Source: Octopus sinensis
Taxonomy: Eukaryota
Direction of reading: 5' to 3'
Length of the DNA: 64,000 bases
Assembly: GCF_006345805.1 (NCBI RefSeq)
Contig: NC_043010.1
Span: 1,550,001 to 1,614,000 of the forward strand
Part shown: positions 28,219-40,689 of the stretch, piece after piece
Layout: every line of letters begins with the position of its first letter
Position numbering within the stretch: the first letter of the stretch is position 1
Position numbers and translations under genes: made by a program
The notes under the pieces: model-generated
Seen by the model: only the letters and a program-made list of their open reading frames with translations
What the model was told of the DNA's origin: nothing
Database searches by the model: none

Positions 28219-28806
28219 TATGTATATATATATATGTATGTGTATGTGTATGTATATGTGTGTGTGGTGTATGCGCGTATATGTATATATATGTATATGT
28301 GTGGGTGTGTGTGTATGGTGTATATATGTATGTTTGTATGGGGTATGTATGTATGTATATATACGTATATATATTATATATATATATCTATATATGCATT
28401 TGTATGTAGGTGTTATGTATGTGTGTATATATATTTATTGGTGTATATGTATGGACTAGTCTTCTAAGCGTGTAGACATGAATCTGTAGGTACGCGTACG
28501 TATGTGTATATATGTGAATGTATGTAGATGTATGTATGTATTATGATAACACGCGCGTGCGTGTATGTGTATGAGTGTACGAATGAGTGAGTGTGCGTGC
28601 TAATGAGTGTGCGTGCGTGAGTGAGTGCTTGTGTTCAAGTAGAAAGATAAATGGACTTGCTGTCGTAGCCAGGATGCTTGTAACCCGCGGTCAAAGATAA
28701 CAAAAGTAATAAATGAAGATAATAATAAAATTAAAATTAGGGAATGGGTTTGTATTTGTATGTATATATATGTGTGTATGTGTAGGTATGTATAGGTACA
28801 CATATG

Positions 28807-28851
<45 letters not shown>

Positions 28852-29014
28852 ATATGTGTATATAGGGACTTGTGTGTGCATGTGTGTATGTGGATATGTG
28901 TGTTTATGTGTGTATGTGTATGTGTGTCTGTATATATTTTTTTGTGTTATATGTATGTGTGGTCGTGTGTGTATATATACATGTTGGTGTGGTATATATG
29001 TATGCATATATATG

Positions 29015-29045
<31 letters not shown>

Positions 29046-29101
29046 GTATGTATATATATATATGTATATGTATGTGTGTGTGTGTATGTATGTGTGTATG
29101 T

Positions 29102-29134
<33 letters not shown>

Positions 29135-29359
29135 TATATGTGTATATGTATAAGTGAGAATCTCCTTATTTACCTAAAACTCTATTCTTCTATATACTTT
29201 TTAATTTTTTTATTTATTCTTTTATCTAATTTACCACTGACTCCTTGACCACTCCCCCAAGTATGATATTTTTGCGCTATGCCTACCCCCAAAAGTCCCC
29301 CACCACCACCCCTTTAAACCTGCCTAAATGTATAAATGCCAATACAATTCTTGTTAACT

Positions 29360-29410
29360 AGCTTCCTGATGATTTCTCTTGAATGAAACAGTTCTAGTCC
29401 TGTAGAAGCT
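29360..29410 (+). ncRNA. Nearly complete type I hammerhead ribozyme motif
   Basis: Stem I AGCTTC/GAAGCT (6 bp), CTGATGA (29366-72), stem II TTC/GAA with a TCTT loop, GAAA (29385-88), stem III ACAG/CTGT with an 8-nt loop, and a GUA triplet (A at 29404). The only deviation is U-U at 10.1/11.1. Confidence 0.75.
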
Positions 29411-29582
29411 CCTTCTATATATAAATTAATTTTACTCTGCTATGTATTGAGTACCTTATTTAATGTGGTTAACCCCGATCAACCCGGGACCTACATATAT
29501 ATATATATATATATTATCTATATATATATATATAATATATATATATATATAATATATATGTATGTATATATATATATGTATG

Positions 29583-29634
<52 letters not shown>

Positions 29635-30431
29635 TATACACACACACACATATATATAATATAATGTGTGTGTGTGTGTGTATTGTGTGTGTATATATAT
29701 ATATAGACTCATAGCTCCATACATACGCTCATGTACACATACATAAACGTGTATATAGTATTGTTGACTTGATACATATATATTAGCAAGATTTTAATAA
29801 TTCTTTTATTTATTTTTTGTCTTTGTGGCTTATGAAAATGGTTCCAGAGTCATTTTGCAAGGAAAAAGAGCTGCGAATTGCAAGAGAATCACATACAACA
29901 CCTTGCCGTATTTCTTGAGTCATCTTGCGCTCTGAGTTCAAATACTACTGATACTGCCTTTAGATTTATCCTTTGGGTTTTGATAAACAAAGCACCTGCA
30001 AGTACTGGTGGCAAACTCACCCCTCACTCTCACTCTCTTCCTCTCTCTCACACTCACTTTCTGTCTGTCTGTCTGTCTGTCTCTTACCCCCTCTCTATCT
30101 TACCCTCTCTCTCTCTTACTCCGTCTCTCTCTTACCCCTCTCTCTCTTATACCCCCTCTCTCTCTTATACCCCCTCTCTCTTTCTCTCTCACTCATTGTA
30201 ACGAAATCGGCATGATTAAGGGATCAAGAAAAAAACGTTGACATTGCAGTCCTACCAGTCTTTTAACTATAATTCCTGTGCGTTTTTTTTTTCAAGCAAT
30301 CGCACCCCCCCCCCCACACACACACTCATCTTTGTTTAGTTTTGAGTGAAGTATCGAATGGTATAAGTAAAGCTGTTCAAATATGAATACAATGTTTAGT
30401 GAAATACAAGCATGGGAGCATCAATAAAAAA

Positions 30432-30500
30432 CTCAAAACACCAGCTTGCAATCTAATCTTGTAATTGTGTATTTTGGTATCAACACCCTTTCGTCAGGAG
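30432..30500 (-). ncRNA. Degenerate hammerhead-like relic
   Basis: Minus strand: CTC-CTGACGA-AAG-GGTG TTGA TACC-AAAA (G12 changed to A), long stem III (ATACAC...GTGTTT), T, GAG. Confidence 0.35.
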
Positions 30501-30698
30501 AAAAAACTCGATACCAAAGACATATTAACCCTGATATACAGAAATATAAGGAAAAACGCAAGCTGTTGTTTTTCTTTCTTTACGTCAGTTTTCGTGTTCA
30601 TATTTTGTTTCGCATTGTATACGGATTTGAATAATTTCGATTTTAAATTATATAAGGTATATAAAATATATCAAAGAATATAAAGCTATATATATATG

Positions 30699-30738
<40 letters not shown>

Positions 30739-30765
30739 CATATATTTATATATATATACATGTAC

Positions 30766-30798
<33 letters not shown>

Positions 30799-30834
30799 CA
30801 TGTACATATATATATATATATATATAATATATAT

Positions 30835-30924
<90 letters not shown>

Positions 30925-31479
30925 AGATAGATTGTACATGTACACGCATGTACGCACATATATGGTAATACTGGCAGCAGTAATAAGCTATCATCACCAT
31001 CATCATCATTGTCGTCGTCGTCGTCATCATCATCGTCATCATCATCATCATCATCAATCATCATCATTAATCACGATAGACATGATATAATTTCATTTTG
31101 TGTGTCTCTGCTTCGTGGGAAATTGAAAAGTTGTTAATAATAAACATGCTCAACTGCGGAGAAATAATTGCGATGATGACGAGTAGTTGAATGAGATGGA
31201 AGACTCGTGTGTGTGTGTGTGTGCCTATGTCTGTGTGTGTGTGTGCCTATGTCTGTGTGTGTGTGTGCCTATGTCTGTGTGTGTATGTGTGTGTGTTTGT
31301 GCGTGTGCATGTAACTCTATGTGTGTGTATGCATGTATGTGTATCTCTATAGTGTATATATTTATGCGTGTATGTATACTTGTGTCGATTTTTGTTTTTG
31401 TATATGCAATATGTATATATCAGCGTGTGAACGTCTGTGCCTGACTGCACTGCTCATATATATATATTTATATATATGG

Positions 31480-31793
31480 ATCAGTGGTTAGAGCATCGAG
31501 TTTACGATCGTGAGGTTGTGAGTTCGAATCCCGGACCGGGCTGCGTGTTGTGTTCTTCAGCAAGACACTTTATTTCACGTTGCTCCAGTTCACTCAGCTG
31601 TAGAAATGAGTTGCGAAGTCACAGGCGCAAAGCTGTATCGGCCTACGTCTTCCCTCGGATAACACTGGTGGCATGGAGAGAGGAGGCTGGTATGCATGGG
31701 CGACTGCTGATCTTCCATAAACAACCTTACCCGGACTTGTGCCTGGGTAACTTCCTAGATGCAATGCCATGGTCAGTCATGAACGAAGGGTGT
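31480..31793 (+). mobile_element. tRNA-headed SINE family D, near full length
   Basis: TCAGTGGTTAGAGCATCG...GAGTTCGAATCCC head, body TTGTGTTCTT.AGCAAGACACTTTATTTCACGTTGCTCCAG and a unique tail. The body recurs at 38160-38460 and 40070-40545. Confidence 0.88.
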
Positions 31794-31794
31794 C

Positions 31795-32195
31795 TCAGTG
31801 GCTGTGTGGTAAGTAGCTTGCTTACCAACCACATGGTTCCGGGTTCTGTCCCACTGCGTGGCATCTTGGGCAAGTGTCTTCTACTATAGCCTCGAGCCGA
31901 CCAAAGCCTTGTGAGTGGATTTGGTAGATGGAAACTGAAAGAAGCCTGTCGTATATATGTATATGTATATACATATTTATGTGTGTGTTTGTGCGTCTGT
32001 GACCCCCCCCCACATCGCTTGACAACCAATTCTGGCGTGTTTACGTCTCCGTAACTTAGCAGTTCGGCAAAAGAGACCGACAGAATAAGTACTTGGCTTA
32101 CAAAGAATAACTCTTGGGGTCGATTTGCTCGAGTAAAGGCGGTGCTCCTGCATGGCCGCAGTCAAATTACTGAAACAAGTAAAAGAGTAAAAGAG
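31795..32195 (+). mobile_element. SINE family B, full bipartite copy
   Basis: GTGGCTGTGTGGTAAGTAGCTTGCTTACCAACCACATGG..., internal (TA/TG)n, then ...GCATGGCCGCAGTC...AAAAGAGTAAAAGAG. Confidence 0.92.
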
Positions 32196-32569
32196 AGTCT
32201 CCACCGAGAACGGCTTTACCTTTAATCTTTTCGGGATCGATGTAATAAGTACCAGTTGAACACTGGGGTCAGTGTACTTGACTAGTCACCTCCCCCTAAA
32301 TTTCAGGGCCTCTACCTATAGTGGAAAGCATTATATATATTGGTCTCAGATGTTGGCACAAGGCCAGCAATAACGGAGACAGGGACAAGTGGATTACGAC
32401 GATTACATATATATATATATGAGAATGAAATAATTGTAGGCATTAATTGCATAGCGTACAATGTAATAATTACCTTTGAATTGTTTATGTAATAATCAGT
32501 TTATGCATTTTACACTTAACTGCCGGTTTTTTTAAACGCGTGATTCCCTGGTCCGGAGAAAAATCGCCT

Positions 32570-32613
32570 TGGATAAGACCAGTCTGCGGTGCAAAGAAGG
32601 TTGGGCACCACTA
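32570..32613 (-). mobile_element. hAT/Charlie-like terminal fragment
   Basis: Reverse complement TAGTGGTGCCCAACCTTCTTTGCACCGCAGAC resembles CAGTGGT.CCCAACC termini of hAT non-autonomous elements. Confidence 0.45.
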
Positions 32614-33183
32614 ATCTAGATCGTCTCTCCGAGGGAATATTTGTTTGATTCCATGTGTTTTTCTTCAAGACTCTTCAAGACCCTTCAAGATCAGTTGTTT
32701 GAGAGGAAAGTGATGCCAGAGGCACAAACTATAGCATTTACAGGGTATCTGAGACTGTTATGATCGACTGAGACCTCAGGGATCCCCACCCTCTAGAGTA
32801 AAATTTACGTACAAGCATACATACATACATTTATACATATATGCATATAAGTGTGTGTATATATATATACATCTTTGTGTGTATATATATGCATGTGTAT
32901 GCACATACGTATGTGTGTGCGTGTATGTATACATATATATATATATACACATATACATAATGGCAATATATCTACATATACATACATATATATGTATATT
33001 TGGAAACATTTTTACATATATACACACATACATACATGTACACACATACAGTCCACACACGCGCGAGCATATAATATATACGTTCGAAAATAGCAACGAG
33101 AATGACAACAAAGAAACACAGACAGCACGGCGTGATAATTAGTTTCAATGGTCAATGTGAGGAGTTTAAGGAAATAGAAGTGT

Positions 33184-33219
33184 CTTCGAAGTTTCGTACT
33201 TATGCTCTTCTTCAGGAAG
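33184..33219 (-). ncRNA. Minimal hammerhead-like motif, degenerate
   Basis: Minus strand: CTTC-CTGAAGA-A-GAGC ATAA GTAC-GAAA-CT-TC-GAAG, with a perfect 4-bp stem I. Confidence 0.55.
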
Positions 33220-33444
33220 TTAGATAGAAAAGTAAAGATAGTAAAGGAAGTAAAGTTGCTTTGCGGAGAAACATATGCTGTTGAAAAGGGAGGAGGTCAA
33301 ATGACCGACAGTGACTCAAAAGGTATGACGTGTCATACGTCCAAAATAATTGGAGTTGTATGTGTGTGGGAGTGTATGTATAAATATATATAAATGTGTG
33401 TATGCACACACACAGACACAAACAGACACAGACACAGACAGAGT

Positions 33445-33479
<35 letters not shown>

Positions 33480-33550
33480 TATATATATAACTGAAATATT
33501 AACATTTCTAAATCTCTCTAAAGGAGACTAACTACGGCTGTGGTACTTGA

Positions 33551-33959
33551 TATTAATAGTTATCGCCAAGCTAACAGGAAAATAGGACGAATGCTGCCGT
33601 TGGTTAGCTCCAAGAGGCCAACGCATCTAGCTAGTTATATGACACACGAACCTGTCTCCATTATAACCTTCGAACAGGGAAGGTCAGCAGCTTCCCCTTG
33701 CTGGTTCAACTTCCACCGACTAGTTTCAGGGTATTTGCTCCTTATCAATGTGGAGTAGCTGAACCCACATTTATTTAGCTATATTCAGTGGAATACATCC
33801 ACTTGTTTCCAAAAATATTAACATTTCTAAATCTCTAATGGACACAGGTTTGTGCGTCACATAGCTAGCTACAGGTGATGGCCTCTTGAAGCTAATCAAC
33901 GGCAGCATTCGTCCTATTTTTCCTGGACTGCCATATTAGCTTGGCGATAACTATTAATA
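33551..33959. mobile_element. Foldback/MITE-like element with about 113-124-bp terminal inverted repeats
   Basis: 33551-33663 is the reverse complement of 33836-33959 (TATTAATAGTTATCGCCAAGCTAA...CCATTA), apart from an 11-bp indel and scattered mismatches. Confidence 0.85.
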
Positions 33960-34260
33960 TATATATATAAATAGCCCAATATAGAAGCGGTAAAATATGA
34001 CAGGATATATTTCTGACTCTTTTCAGAATTCCTAATCTTTCAGTCTCATGCCTTGATATATTTTCCTGTTGTGTTTCAATTTGTTTATAAGCTTTCTCCC
34101 AAAGTAAGTCTTGATTTTACAACATCTACCTCCAGCGAACGTCTACCTCCAGCGCTTGAATACCATATTAAAAGATTCTTCTCTCTTCTGTCATTTTCTG
34201 TTTGTCTATCTTTCCTCCTCCATCACCTTCCTATCTTTCCCTCCTCACTTTTCCTGTCAC

Positions 34261-34307
<47 letters not shown>

Positions 34308-34617
34308 GGAGGCGCAATGGCCCAGTGGTTAGGGCAGCGGACACGCGGTCAGAGGAACGCGGTTTCGATTCTCAGACCGGGCGTTGTGTGTATTTATTGA
34401 GCGAAAACACCTAAAAGCTCCACGAGGCTCCGGCAGGGGGTGGTGGCGACCCCTGTTGTACTCTTTCGCCACAACTTTCTCTCACTCACTCTTCCTGTTT
34501 TTTGAGTAATGCTGCGATGGACTGGCGTCTCGTCCAGCTGGGGGGAACATATGCGCCACAGAAACCGGGAAACCGGGCCCATGAGTCTAGCTAGGCTTGA
34601 AAAGGGCGAAGAAGAAG
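34308..34617 (+). mobile_element. SINE family A, tail type 2, full length
   Basis: Intact tRNA-like head and body as at 185, with a different tail ending AAAAGGGCGAAGAAGAAG. Confidence 0.92.
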
Positions 34618-34638
34618 TATATATATATATATATAAAT

Positions 34639-34673
<35 letters not shown>

Positions 34674-35067
34674 CACACATCTGTACTCTCTATCTATTCA
34701 TCTCTCTCTCTCTCTCTCTGTCTGCGCGTAAGGCGTACTCTCACATACAAATAATCGCAGTCACTTTTAAATCGTGTTCTTCTCGGACATAGCTGGAAAG
34801 TAATGAAGCAGAATAATGTTTGTGACGTGGTTGGGCTACCATAATGCTTGCATCATAATGACGACTCTTGAGTCACACACTCGTAGACAACATGTAGATT
34901 TGTCAGTCATGCGCAGACAACTCCGTTAAGGAGACAATAAGAGGGTGTTAATAATAGTAATACAGCTGTTCCTTGTGTCTTCATCTGAATAAATCCGAAA
35001 TTTAGTCGATTGTCATATAATTCTCTCACTTACTCTCCCTCTCTTTCTATCTCTCCCTCTCCCTCTC

Positions 35068-35116
<49 letters not shown>

Positions 35117-35719
35117 CTGTATCTATCTGTCTTTTATTTGTGTATGCGTTTGTGTGTATGTGTACATATATATATATATATCTGTGTGTATATATATATA
35201 TTTTTATATGTTTATGTGTGTGTATACATTTACATATACATGTGAATATATATGTATGCGTGTATGCATGTATGCATCTATGTATATGCATATTTGCGTG
35301 TGTGTGTGTGTGTGTGTGTGTGCGTGCGTGTGTGTATGTGTGGGTGTGTGTGCGTGTGCATGTGTGTGTGTGTGTTAGACTTTAACGATACTAAAACATG
35401 GATTATACCGCAAAATGCTAACTGGAATGGATCAGATTAGCGGAAGACATCTTACATAACGGCATTGCTCATCTCACTGCTTTACATGTAGAAGCAGCAG
35501 CAACAGTAATAGTGGTAGCAGTAGTAGTAGTAGTAGTAGTGGTAGTTGTAAGGGTATGTGGTGGTGGTGGTGGTGGTTGTAGCTATAGTGGTAGTGGTGG
35601 TGTTGGTGTTGGTGAAAGTTATAGTTGTTGTTTTGCGGTTGTTGTTAGTGTTGTTGTTGTTACTTTCGTTACTGCAGTTGTTAGTGGTACTGTTGCTGTC
35701 AATATTATTGCTATAATAA

Positions 35720-35774
<55 letters not shown>

Positions 35775-36819
35775 GTTATTGTTATTGTCATTATTATTAT
35801 TATTATTTATATTATTTTTATTATTGTTGCTGTTGTTGATGATGATGTTTTTATCATTGTTTTATTACAGCGTATTTGGCTTTCATTTCATATTGATTTC
35901 TTGTATTGGCACAGGGCCATGAATGTGCGTATATATATATATATATATATATGTACATATATATACATATATACGTATGTATGATTATGTGTGTGTGTAT
36001 GCGTGTGTGTGTGTATGCGTGTGTGTGTGTATTATTTGATTTTAGAAGTGTGTATTCGATAGTGTGTGTGAGTGAATGCATATATCATGGGATGCGTCTT
36101 GATGACCGATTTCGATTGAATCGACCCCATTACGTATGTTCTGCTTGCCTGCCTGCCTGCCTGGCGGCATACAACCCACTTAGCTACCCAAGTAGGTATC
36201 CTAAATACCATGTCTGGTACTCATTTTTTCCATCGCCACCCCTCGCACCGAGTAGAAATTAAAGAAAAATATATCCTGTTTCGGTCGTGATTTGAACCTG
36301 GAACCTAACGACACGTCACTAAATGCTGAAAAAACATACTTTCAGTTTTCTAACCACCAACAAACCAACCAACCAGCCAAGCCACCAATCATGTATGCCA
36401 AACCACTGCTCTAAACCCTAGCCATTAAAGCACACTGTCAAAATAACCACACAATAAAATATGAGGGAAATTTGGTTGCTATATCTGAACGGTCATGTAC
36501 CCCCACGAGGGACTTCTTTGTCGGTTCGAAATAATCTTTAGCTTTGTCGTATTGTTTCAGATCAGTTAAAGTGAAACAACTAAGATGGAAAACGTTCAAG
36601 TCGACAAAATCCATTGTTTGTATTACAGGGACTATCATGTTTAATAAAATCATCCATTTAGTCTTTATGGCTGTCTAGGTAAGAAAATTACTTTGCAACT
36701 TCGAGGTTCCGTTTTCAGTTCCACTGCGTAACATCTTAGGTGCATCTCTTTTACTATAGCCGCCAAAGTGAATTGAATTTGGCAGACCGAAACTGTGTGA
36801 AAGCCCGTGGTATATATAT

Positions 36820-36864
<45 letters not shown>

Positions 36865-37329
36865 GTATGTATCATCTATATATATATTTGTTTAACAAAA
36901 TCATCTGCAAACAAACCGTGAAAGAATATACTGACCAAAATAAGTTTAAGACCGATGCTGACACTTCTGTTCCTTCCTTAATGCATTTTTAACAAAACTG
37001 TATAAATTTATTATTCTACTTTTCCAGTTTATGTAGAATTTTTTCTCTTTCAAATGATATAGGCGTTATATATCTTTCTGCAATTTGAATAATTTTAATG
37101 CGCAATTAATTCAAATGATTAAAAATTGTCGGCAAAATAAGTTTAAGACCATACCAACATTATTTTGTTTAAATTGAAAATTTACGTCACGAATGATCAA
37201 TGAACAAAAATTTATTATTAGTATCAAATTCCGTAACCATTATTTTCAATTACGGCCTTTTGACAAATGAGCACAAAAATCACTTGGAATGTTCTGCCAT
37301 ATTTCTTCAATAAAATTATATATACGAAC

Positions 37330-37450
37330 AACATGATTCCGGGTTCAGTCCCACAGCGTGACACCTTGAGCAAGTGTCTTCTACTATAGCTTCGAGCCGA
37401 CCAATGCCTTGTGAGTGGATTTGGTAGACGGAAACTGAAAGAAGCCCGTC
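37330..37450 (+). mobile_element. SINE family B, 5'-truncated
   Basis: ACATGATTCCGGGTTCAGTCCCAC...GAAAGAAGCCCGTC followed by (TA)n(TG)n. Confidence 0.85.
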
Positions 37451-37521
<71 letters not shown>

Positions 37522-37898
37522 TGTTTGTGTGTGTTTGCATTTTATCCTTTCGTGGTCTCTATAATAGGTACCTAAGTACCAGTTGAGCACAAAAGTCATT
37601 GTAATCGACTACCCCACCCCATCTCTTCGTGCCACAAAATTTCAGGCCTTGTACCTGTAGAAGAGAGGTTTGTTAAAAGATTCTTGTATTGCACCGAACG
37701 TCCAAGAATCTTTTAACTGTGATATGCATCTATCCGTTTATCGCGGGAATTTGGTTAAAAAACCAAAAAAAAACAAAGAGTGCTAAACGAATTAGTGATA
37801 AACAATTCTACATGTATCAGTGCTATAATTTGACGTACAACACTTGCCAAAATAAGTTTAGACCGATGATGACAGTAGACGGTATTTGAACCAAATTA

Positions 37899-38130
37899 GG
37901 GTGGCGAGCTGGCAGAATCGTTAGCACGCCGGGTGAAATGCTTAGCCGTATTTCGTCTGCCGTTACGTTGTGAGTTCAAATTCCGCCGAGGTCGACTTTA
38001 CCTTTCATCCTTTCGGGGTCGATAAATTAAGTACCAGTTACGCACTGGGGTCGATGTAATCGACTTAATACCTATGTCTGTCCTTGTTTGTCTCTTCTAT
38101 GTTTAGCCCCTTGTGGGTAATAAAGAAATA
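37899..38130 (+). mobile_element. SINE family C, full length, with about 17-bp target-site duplication
   Basis: Flanks GGTATTTGAACCAAATTA (37881-98) and GGTATTTGAACCCAATA (38131-47). The head GGCGAGCTGGCAGAATCGTTAGC...GAGTTCAAATTCC is tRNA-like. Confidence 0.93.
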
Positions 38131-38159
38131 GGTATTTGAACCCAATACGGAATGCTGGA

Positions 38160-38460
38160 GAAGGCGCATGGTTTAGTGGCTAGGGTGTTGGACTCATGAT
38201 AGTGAGATTGATGTTTCGATTCCTGGACTGGGCGAAGCTTTGTGTTCTTGAACAAACCACTTCATTTCACGTTGCTCCAATCCACTTAGCTGTAGAAATG
38301 GGTGCCACTAGTGGAAGCAGGTCGTTTAGTGGTTAGGACGTTGGATTCACGACCGTAAGAGTGTAGATTCGATCCCTGCACCGGGCGATCTGTTGTGTTC
38401 TTGAGCAAAACACTTCATTTCACGATGCTCTAGTCCACTCAGCTGTAGAAATGAGTCTAG
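38160..38460 (+). mobile_element. Two tandem SINE family D copies
   Basis: Repeated TAGTGG.TAGG..GTTGGA.TCA.GA...TTCGAT.CCTG...TTGTGTTCTTGA.CAAA.CACTTCATTTCACG...GCTGTAGAAATG. Confidence 0.85.
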
Positions 38461-38548
38461 CCTGGAGGGAGGTGGACTCCGCCAGGTTTTCTACATACGC
38501 TACATACACTGCAAGGCTGCGGCGCCCAACGACCCTTTAAGGGGTTAA
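38460..38548 (-). mobile_element. Possible piggyBac-type terminus
   Basis: Ends in AAGGGGTTAA, i.e. TTAA-CCCCTT on the minus strand. No partner end was found. Confidence 0.3.
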
Positions 38549-39504
38549 TGGACTTCTCAAAACGAAATGTTGCGAAACATTTTGTCCGGCTTACTCACGA
38601 TTCTTCCAGCTCACATGTAAATGAGTAACTTATATCGTGCCCGTCTGTGAAAGAATGTATTGGTTCGTAGTGGAACGAATGGTCGATGTATCTGTTTCCC
38701 TCTTCTCCTATTTACAACAAACGGGGATATCTATCGGCCATTTTGGAACGATCGATCGATCTACGGTTGCCTGTTTTATTATTTTTTTAATGTTGCATAC
38801 AGCACGCAGGATTTCTTACACCCACGCATTACACATGCGCACATATACACATATGCACATATATACATAAGCACACACGCACACATATGTACAGTAGTGC
38901 TTTGGTTTCTTATTTTGCACACCCCACCCACACCAAAAAGAAAATGAAATCCTCCGCCAAATTACTCTCCGCCATATTAAACAAAGAAGTGAGACATTGG
39001 ATAATAACGAAGTCCTTTCAAAAGTCAAGAAGAAAGAATCTTTTTTAAAAAATGAATAAAAGAAAAAGAATGGAATGATCACAACTGGAATGCTTTTGAT
39101 CATAGATCTGTACGATCAGTGTTGACCTGGGGTTAAAAACAATGAGAATAACAATCTGTTCAATCTGTTCATCTTAAGAGCTACACACACACACTTTCTC
39201 TTTCTCCCGTCTCCCCCTCTCTCTCTCTCTCACACACACACACATACACGCACACACACACACAAAACACTCTTTATTACACACACACACTTGCACTCTC
39301 TCTTAACACATGCATTCTCTCACCTCTCTTTCACACAAACTGTCTTTCCCCTTTTTCTCTCTCACTCCATCTTTCTCTCCCCTCTCTCTCCCCCACACAC
39401 TTACTTTCTCTCTCTTTCTCTCTCTCTCTCTCTCACGCCCCCAAACTTAGTCGAAATTACTGGCCTTGTGCTAAAATCTGAAACCATTATCACAGTTGTA
39501 AGTT

Positions 39505-40040
39505 AGGCGGCGAGCTGGCAGAATCGTTAGCACGCTGGGCGAAATGCGTAGCCGTATTTCGTCTGCCGTTACGCTCTGAGTTCAAATTCCGCCGAGGTCG
39601 ACTTTGCCTTTCATCCTTTCGGGGTCGATTAAATAAGTACCAGTTACGCACTGGGATCGATGTAATCAACTTAATCCCTTTTCTGTCCTTGTTTGTCCTC
39701 TCTATGTTTAGCCCCTTGTGGGTAGTAAAGAAATAAGAATCGTTAGCGCGCCAGGCAAAATGCTTAGTGGCATTCCGACCGTCTTTATGTTCTGAGTTCA
39801 TATTACGCCGAGGTCGACTTTGTCTTTCATCCTTTCGGGGTCGATCAAAAAAAGTACCATTTGAGCCCTGGGGTCAATGCAATCGACTCGTCCCCTCCCC
39901 CGGAATTGTTGTCCTTGCGCTAAAATATGAAACCATTATTACAGTTAGAAATACCAGTTGACTACTGGGTTCTATATAATCGACCAGATCCCTCTCTACA
40001 AAATTTCAGGCCTTGTGCATATAGTAGAAAGGATCATTAG
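39505..40040 (+). mobile_element. Head-to-tail SINE family C cluster
   Basis: Full copy 39505-39735 is joined at AAAGAAATA|AGAATCGTTAGC to a second copy with a different tail, followed by a third partial tail. Confidence 0.9.
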
Positions 40041-40069
40041 AGTTATTACAGTGTTATGGTGTCGAGGAA

Positions 40070-40545
40070 TGAAGACGCGTCCACCTGTGGTTACGGTGTT
40101 GCAAGTACGATCGTAATATCGTGGTCTTCATTTCCGGACGTTGTGTTCTTAAGCAAAACCCTTCATTTCACGTGGCTGAAGTCCACTGAGTTGTAACTGA
40201 GTCATTGGTTGGTGCATTGTGTTCTTGAGCAATACATATCATTTCATGTTGCTCTAATTCACTCAAATGTAAATGAGTAACTCAGCGGTGTCCCGTCCCG
40301 GAAAAATATTGTCCTCGGCCTCTTGCAGGTCATGGAAACCGTGTAACTGGTGCTATAAGTCCGAAGACTTGATGCAGTAATATCGTGGAGGCGAGTGGCT
40401 TTGTGGTTAGGGTGCTGGGCTCATGATCGTAGAATTGTGGTTTCGATTCCTGAGCCGAGCCACGCGTTGTGCTCTTAAGCAAACCACTTTATTTCACGTT
40501 GCACCAGTCCACTCACCTGGCGAAAATAAGTAATCCTGCGACCCC
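40070..40545 (+). mobile_element. Cluster of three degenerate SINE family D copies
   Basis: Repeated TTGTG.TCTT.AGCAA..C.CTT.ATTTCA body. Confidence 0.75.
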
Positions 40546-40689
40546 AAAACCACGTAGTTGCTAAGTCATACAGCCATGCCTGTATCCAAAGTGCATTTGT
40601 GTGTGTGTGTGTGGGGGGTATTTACTGTGTGAACTTGGGGAGAAAGACATTAAGTAACAACGACTACCAGGAGGGTGACAGATACGTAG

